From a bacterium (GTDB lineage Bacteria; Patescibacteriota; WWE3; 2-01-FULL-39-13; JAACPI01), in assembly GCA_009995545.1 (NCBI GenBank), contig JAACPI010000003.1, forward strand, positions 5,781 through 69,780: 64,000 bases of DNA, written 5' to 3'. Of this stretch, positions 58,468 through 64,000 are shown one piece after another; positions within the stretch are counted from its first letter, which is position 1; each line of letters starts with the position of its first letter. Both the position numbers and the translations under genes were made by a program. The notes under the pieces are model-generated. The model worked only from the letters and a program-made list of their open reading frames with translations, searched no databases and was not told the DNA's origin.

Positions 58468-59253
58468 CTAAGTTATTTCTTCTTCTACAAAACTAGTTAT
58501 TGCAGGCAGCAAGTGCTTTCTCCACCTAACTAAATTTCCTCCTTGGTAGGAGATAGTGTGAGGACCATTAAACCATATTTCAAAACTATTTGGATAACAA
58601 TGCCTTAGCCTAACCCTAGATTCTTTGGTGACAATAGAGTCATTTTTATAAGTAACAATCATGCAGGGCTTAGTACTATACAAGGTTAATGGAATTTTAT
58701 ATTTTATGGCGTATAGCCACTGACTCAGGATTAAATCTAAATTAGTTTTAGGAAAGTCGGGGCCGAAAAAGCGCAGCTTACTAGTAAGGATATAACGATA
58801 AAACAGTTGTACTCTTTTTGAAAACTTCGGGGGTATAAAGGCAATTCTTAGTAATAAGGTAACAAAATTATTAAAGAACTCTCCTGGGGTAACTAATACT
58901 ACTTTAGATATAGACACTCTTCTCCCTTCAACAATACTATTAACAACACAAGTCCCAAACGAAACACCCACCAAGGTAATATCTTGGAGTTTAAGCTCTC
59001 TAATTAAGTACTCTACGTCCCTAGCAAACATTTCGTAGGAAAATTTATCACATCTAGAAGACTTGCCCCTACCGTAGTAATCAAAACTAACTAACCTAAA
59101 ACTCTTTGGGAATAATTTAAAAAAGGGGTGAAAATAAGTACCGCTTGTTGGACCTGGAGAAAAAAACAGCAAAGTATATTTTGCCGGAGAGTTATTTGTA
59201 TCATAATAAGAAAGTACCCTATCTTTAATTGGTATACTTTTGCTTACAATCAC
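58468..59253 (-). CDS. Alpha/beta-fold hydrolase
   Basis: Nucleophile elbow GVSFG. Confidence 0.5.
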   Translation of the reverse strand: MIVSKSIPIKDRVLSYYDTNNSPAKYTLLFFSPGPTSGTYFHPFFKLFPKSFRLVSFDYYGRGKSSRCDKFSYEMFARDVEYLIRELKLQDITLVGVSFGTCVVNSIVEGRRVSISKVVLVTPGEFFNNFVTLLLRIAFIPPKFSKRVQLFYRYILTSKLRFFGPDFPKTNLDLILSQWLYAIKYKIPLTLYSTKPCMIVTYKNDSIVTKESRVRLRHCYPNSFEIWFNGPHTISYQGGNLVRWRKHLLPAITSFVEEEIT

Positions 59254-59257
59254 ACTA

Positions 59258-59959
59258 TTAGAGATTATACAAACAATAGTCCTTGCCGGTAGGGTTTTCT
59301 ATTTGAACAGCTTCTTTAGGGCTCAGTTTTTCATAGTGATAGCGAATTGCCCGCATGGTATTACTACTGCAAGCAATTACAGCACTTGCTTTTTCCTTTT
59401 TTAAAACACACTCTAACTCTTTTATAAAAGGTAAAATTCTGTAGTAAACCATTTGAGGAGATTCTCCATTTGGTGGAGGGTAATCCCAACTTCTACGATA
59501 TAAAACAGCTCTTAACGGGTCTTTTTTTATTAAATCACTCTTACTGGTCCCAGTTAAATCTCCGTAACTTCTTTCTTTAAGTCTCCAGTCAATAGTAGCG
59601 GTATAGTCCCTTTCCCCCATTGAGTATTTTAAAGTTTCAATTGCCCTTGTTTGATCCGAAGTAAAAAAGTAATCAAACTCAAAATCTTTAAGTCTTGGGG
59701 CTAGGGCTTTTGCGTCCCTAATTCCCTGTTCTGTAAGCTTTGCGTTGTTTCTCCAACCACTATGTATTCTAGCAACATTATCTTCACTTTGACCGTGTCT
59801 AAAAACTACTATAAAAGGTCTTTTGTTTAAGTCACCTTTTGGGAGATCTTCTCCCCTGGATTTTCCGGGATTTTTTAAAGAAGCAACCGCCGAAGCTGCG
59901 TCAAAAACAAATAATTTATTTAGTTCTTTTTTGGGTATTTTATCAAGCAGGCTTGGCAT
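59258..59959 (-). CDS. Histidine phosphatase (phosphoglycerate mutase family)
   Basis: RHG motif (VVFRHGQSEDN). Confidence 0.65.
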   Translation of the reverse strand: MPSLLDKIPKKELNKLFVFDAASAVASLKNPGKSRGEDLPKGDLNKRPFIVVFRHGQSEDNVARIHSGWRNNAKLTEQGIRDAKALAPRLKDFEFDYFFTSDQTRAIETLKYSMGERDYTATIDWRLKERSYGDLTGTSKSDLIKKDPLRAVLYRRSWDYPPPNGESPQMVYYRILPFIKELECVLKKEKASAVIACSSNTMRAIRYHYEKLSPKEAVQIENPTGKDYCLYNL

Positions 59960-60011
59960 AAATAGTTATAAATTACCCCGGGTAGGTGACTTTACCCGGG
60001 GTAGAAAAATC

Positions 60012-62276
60012 TTAATTACTATGTTTTTTCTGTTCTGCTAAGTAAGTTAGATGTCTTGTTCTATCTATTACATCAGGGCTTACACTAATACTGGTTATTC
60101 CCCAGTCAACTAACATATCTGTTAACTCAGGAAACACTGAAGGTGCTTGGCCACAGATAGAGCAGGTAACATTATTTTTAGCACATGTTCTAACTATTTT
60201 TTCTAATGCCCAAAGTACAGCAGGGTCCATCTCGTTATAATCTTTAGCTACCCTAGCATTATCTCTATCAACACCAAGTAACAACATAGTTAAGTCATTA
60301 GAACCAATAGAACATCCGTCTATACCAATTTCTAAGAACTGCTCTAGTAATATTACGTTAGAAGGTATTTCTACCATCATCCAAAGTTGGAAGTCGGCAC
60401 TTCTTCTAAGACCGTGCGCATCTACAATTTGTTTTACCTCTTTTAATTCTGGAACATTTCGAACAAAAGGTAACATTAGGTGTAAATTTTTAAACCCGTG
60501 TTTGTTTCTAACTCTTTTCATTGCTTCAATCTCTAATTTAAATACCTCAGCATCTTCTACATACCTGCTAACACCTCTAAAACCAATTAAAGGGTTATCT
60601 TCTTGAGTTTCAAACTTGGCTCCCCCCTCTAAAGAGGCGTACTCGTTTGTTTTAAAGTCGGTAGCCCTATAAACTACAGGTCGCGGACTAAAGCTTTTAG
60701 CAAACGAAAGCATTCCTTCTTCAAGTTTAGATGTAAACTCCTCACCTTTGCCTTCTTCTATAAAAGCTCTTGGGTGCTTACCAATATCAGCTATCATAAA
60801 TTCGGCTCTAAGTAGGCCAACACCATCTACCTTGTGTTTAGCCATGTCTTCAGCCAAATCAGGTTCAGCTAAATTTAAGTAAACTTTTGTGGCTGTTTTT
60901 TCGTTTTTATGTTCGTAATCAATAATTTTTTCGCTAAGTTCTGCTCTTTTGTCCCCCATATACACGGTACCTTTATAGCCATTAACAGTTATTAAGTCTC
61001 CTTCTTTTAAGGTTTTTGTAGCTACTTCTGATCCCACAATACAAGGAATACCTAATTCTCTACTAACAATTGCAGCATGGCTAGTTCGACCACCTTTATC
61101 GGTAACAATTGCTACTGCTTTACGCATAGCAGGCACAAAATCGGGGTCAGTCATTTCGGTAACCAAAATATCACCCTTTTCTATTTTTGATATTTCTTTA
61201 GCGCTGGTTAAAATTCTAACTTTTCCAACACCAACTCCAGGGGAAGCGCTTAAACCTGTTAAAAGTAGGTCTTTGTTTCCTATATCAACTGTTAAATCTT
61301 CTGTTTTTATTTTTAAGGTTGTAACAGGTCTACTTTGTACAATGTATAGTTTTCCTTTTTGTAAAGCCCATTCTATGTCTTGGGGTCTACCGTAATGTTC
61401 TTCTATTTTTGCTCCAAGTTTAGCTAATTCTACAACGTAATTATCTTCTAATTTTTGCTTTTCTTTATACTCGGCACTTACGTCTATTTTTCCAGAAATA
61501 GTATCTTGCCACTGTTGTTTTACTATGTACTTTTTAACTATTTCAAATGTTTTTTTATCAATTAAATATTGATCGGGAGTTAATTCTCCAGAAACAATAG
61601 GTTGTCCTAAACCGTAAACTGCCTCTATGGAAAGTTGGGTGGTGTCGTTGGTTAGAGGATTTACCGTAAACATAATTCCACTTACCTCGCTTTGAACCAT
61701 AAGTTGAACTGGAACAGCTATACCAACTTTAAAATGATCAAAACCTTGAGTTTGTCGGTAATATATAGCCCTTGCACCAAATAGAGAAGCCCAACACATT
61801 TGAACATTTTTAACTACGTTTTCAGCACCTTTAATATTTAAGTAGGTATCTTGTTGTCCTGCAAAAGAGGCATCTGGTAAATCTTCAGCCGTTGCAGAGG
61901 ATCTGACAGCAACCAACTGATCTTGGTTACCACATAATGTATGATAACTAGAAGTTATTTGCTCTTTTATTTCTCCAGGTAATTCTGCACTTAAGATAGC
62001 TTGCATTATATTATCTGAGGCTTTTTTTAAGGTATCCGAGTTTTGAACGTCTAAATTGGCTAACTCGGTGGATATTTTGTGTCTTAAAGAACTTTTATCT
62101 AAAAACTGGTAGTAAGACTCGGAGGTAACAACAAAACCATCGGGCACAGGTATACCCGCGTTTATCATTTCGCCTAGGTTAGCTCCTTTTCCTCCGGCTA
62201 AATCTAAACTACCCTTGTTTAATTCGTGAAACTTTGCTACTAAAGGTTTTAGGGAAGTAATTGTTTGATCAGGCAT
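60012..62276 (-). CDS. ppsA: Phosphoenolpyruvate synthase (pyruvate, water dikinase)
   Basis: Phosphohistidine domain GGRTSHAAIVSRELGIPCIVG. PEP-utilising C-terminal domain. 754 aa. Confidence 0.85.
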   Translation of the reverse strand: MPDQTITSLKPLVAKFHELNKGSLDLAGGKGANLGEMINAGIPVPDGFVVTSESYYQFLDKSSLRHKISTELANLDVQNSDTLKKASDNIMQAILSAELPGEIKEQITSSYHTLCGNQDQLVAVRSSATAEDLPDASFAGQQDTYLNIKGAENVVKNVQMCWASLFGARAIYYRQTQGFDHFKVGIAVPVQLMVQSEVSGIMFTVNPLTNDTTQLSIEAVYGLGQPIVSGELTPDQYLIDKKTFEIVKKYIVKQQWQDTISGKIDVSAEYKEKQKLEDNYVVELAKLGAKIEEHYGRPQDIEWALQKGKLYIVQSRPVTTLKIKTEDLTVDIGNKDLLLTGLSASPGVGVGKVRILTSAKEISKIEKGDILVTEMTDPDFVPAMRKAVAIVTDKGGRTSHAAIVSRELGIPCIVGSEVATKTLKEGDLITVNGYKGTVYMGDKRAELSEKIIDYEHKNEKTATKVYLNLAEPDLAEDMAKHKVDGVGLLRAEFMIADIGKHPRAFIEEGKGEEFTSKLEEGMLSFAKSFSPRPVVYRATDFKTNEYASLEGGAKFETQEDNPLIGFRGVSRYVEDAEVFKLEIEAMKRVRNKHGFKNLHLMLPFVRNVPELKEVKQIVDAHGLRRSADFQLWMMVEIPSNVILLEQFLEIGIDGCSIGSNDLTMLLLGVDRDNARVAKDYNEMDPAVLWALEKIVRTCAKNNVTCSICGQAPSVFPELTDMLVDWGITSISVSPDVIDRTRHLTYLAEQKKHSN

Positions 62277-62310
62277 ATTTGGGCATGTAATTTACTAAAT
62301 TTATTATATG

Positions 62311-63945
62311 CTATTTATTAGCTAAAGGTAAGTTAAAACTAAATGTAGAACCTTCTCCCTCAGTGGAAGTAACCGTGATTCTCCCACCGTGCTTTTCTAC
62401 TATAGACTTAGCTATAACAAGACCTAAACCGGTACTTTTAAAAGATTTACTAACAGGAGTACCTGCCTTTATAAACTTGTGAAATATTTCGTTTTTACGA
62501 ACTTTAGACATTCCTAATCCGGTATCCGTAATAGATATTTGAGCATCATTTTTAACCTTTGTAAGAGTTACTTTTATACTTCCTTTTTTAGTATATTTAT
62601 TTGCATTAGAAATTAAATTGTTAACTACCCTTTCCATAAGCTCGGGATCAAACTTTGCGTACATAGGTGTTTTTGGAACTTTAACAAAGAATTTTAGTGA
62701 CCGGTTTTCCACAGTACCTCTAAAGTGTTCTGACTTTGTAGCTACAAATTTACCCAAATCTTCTAATTTTTTATTAATTATAAATTCGTCGCTTTCTATT
62801 TTAGACACGTCTAACAGGTTATTTACTGTATTTAACAAACTTAAAGCACTACCCTTAATATCTTCTAACATATCTACTTTTTGGCTCTTTTTTAGCTGAC
62901 TATCTCGTTTAACTAAAATATCCGCAGCATCTTTTATTACCGTTAAAGGGGCTCTAAGATCGTGAACCATCATATTTGTATTATCTACTCGAAGTTTTTC
63001 AATTTTTAAATCATTGGTTATGTCTATAAACCTAATCAGTAAAATAGAATTACCCAGATCTTGTGAGTTTACTTCGTAAGTGTGATCAAAAATATTAATA
63101 TTTTGTTTTTTGCTTTTGGTAGAAAAAATAGTTTTAAAAATACCAGATTTATCTTCTTTAAAAACTTTAGTAAAGGCTAATTCAACGTCTAAAGGGTAAC
63201 TATCGATTTTAAAAGTATCTTTTGCAAGTTTATTTGCGTAAATCAATTTATTGTGACCCTTTACTAGCAAAATACCCTGCGAGAAAGAATTAAAAATGTT
63301 AGATACAAATTCTAGGTCTTGATTTGAAAATGTTTTTAACGACTTACTTAAATTTAAGTAGTCTTCTGTAGCAAGTAAAACTAGCTTTTTAAAATCCTTT
63401 TCTTTTTTTAAATCGGAAGTTAAAACAAAAGTAAGTACAGGTACATCTTCTACTTTTTGTAAAGAAAACTTCACATTACCCTTTACACTAGGGATAGAAA
63501 TAGTGTTCTTTGACTCGGTCAATGTCTCTAAAAAATTCAAATTTCCAACATCGATTTTTGTGTTTTTAGAAAAATAGTTTACACAATCTCTAACAAGTAT
63601 TTTATATTCAGAATCTGGTAAGTTTACCGGTTTATTAACTGTAAAATAAAGGTTTTTATCTTTAACGTAAACAGTTCCAGAGACTGTAAACTGTGGAACT
63701 GCTGAAAGTACAGTTAGAAGCGACTTAGAAAAAAAGTCTATGCTAGGAATCTTATCTAGCTTTTGATTAATATAATTATTAAAAGAATATAAACTTTTAT
63801 AACTACTAATGTCCTGAGAAAGATCTTCATCGTTTTTAAAGGTTTGAAGTAATTTAGATCTGTAAGAATAGGCAAACAGAGCTAAAAAAACCACTAAAAA
63901 CAGTAATAAAAACAACAAGAAATATAATATTGGTTCGGGCAGCAT
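62311..63945 (-). CDS. Sensor histidine kinase
   Basis: N-terminal TM. H-box HDLRAPLTVI. HATPase_c blocks (ISNANKYT, ITDTGLGM, GLGLVIAKSIVEKHGG). Confidence 0.8.
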   Translation of the reverse strand: MLPEPILYFLLFLLLFLVVFLALFAYSYRSKLLQTFKNDEDLSQDISSYKSLYSFNNYINQKLDKIPSIDFFSKSLLTVLSAVPQFTVSGTVYVKDKNLYFTVNKPVNLPDSEYKILVRDCVNYFSKNTKIDVGNLNFLETLTESKNTISIPSVKGNVKFSLQKVEDVPVLTFVLTSDLKKEKDFKKLVLLATEDYLNLSKSLKTFSNQDLEFVSNIFNSFSQGILLVKGHNKLIYANKLAKDTFKIDSYPLDVELAFTKVFKEDKSGIFKTIFSTKSKKQNINIFDHTYEVNSQDLGNSILLIRFIDITNDLKIEKLRVDNTNMMVHDLRAPLTVIKDAADILVKRDSQLKKSQKVDMLEDIKGSALSLLNTVNNLLDVSKIESDEFIINKKLEDLGKFVATKSEHFRGTVENRSLKFFVKVPKTPMYAKFDPELMERVVNNLISNANKYTKKGSIKVTLTKVKNDAQISITDTGLGMSKVRKNEIFHKFIKAGTPVSKSFKSTGLGLVIAKSIVEKHGGRITVTSTEGEGSTFSFNLPLANK

Positions 63946-64000
63946 TTTTTATTAAACCATTGAATTTACTTTGGCGGAAAGTTCTTGAGGTACTATTCTA

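Overview
This is a low-GC (~30-35%) bacterial chromosomal window with reduced-genome, Patescibacteria/CPR-like traits. It has an archaeal-type AspRS (437 aa), an archaeal-type SipW signal peptidase, a DhnA-type class I aldolase, a shortened enolase and a shortened UvrC. Core genes are a class A PBP, hisS, aspS, secG, rsmI, a SpoU methyltransferase, trhO, a NUDIX hydrolase, ppsA, a histidine kinase and a full NER/SOS set (uvrC, uvrA, a UvrD-like helicase, lexA-uvrB). There are three accessory blocks. (1) 1-4445: a SipW plus TasA/camelysin-like secreted-protein module with an LTD-domain surface protein. (2) 9888-13915: two giant Cys-rich secreted proteins, the second ending in an IPDTG sortase-type sorting signal. 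(3) ~17.2-29.8 kb: a tRNA-His(GTG) gene followed by a mosaic of small cassette-like segments. Many cargo genes there are ~45-50% GC, but the NTase cassette is not obviously so. Each segment is bounded by a composite repeat holding a decayed copy of the tRNA-His 3' half; four of them also hold a near-consensus TTTACA-N17-TATAAT promoter. Cargo includes an S41 peptidase, two NTase-fold proteins, an M23 peptidase, a lipoprotein, a double zinc-ribbon membrane protein and a paralogous pair of unknown proteins. A contiguous NTase - O-methyltransferase - SIR2-like trio sits at 30.2-33.1 kb. No integrase, CRISPR array or rRNA is present. A candidate T-box motif lies in the aspS leader.
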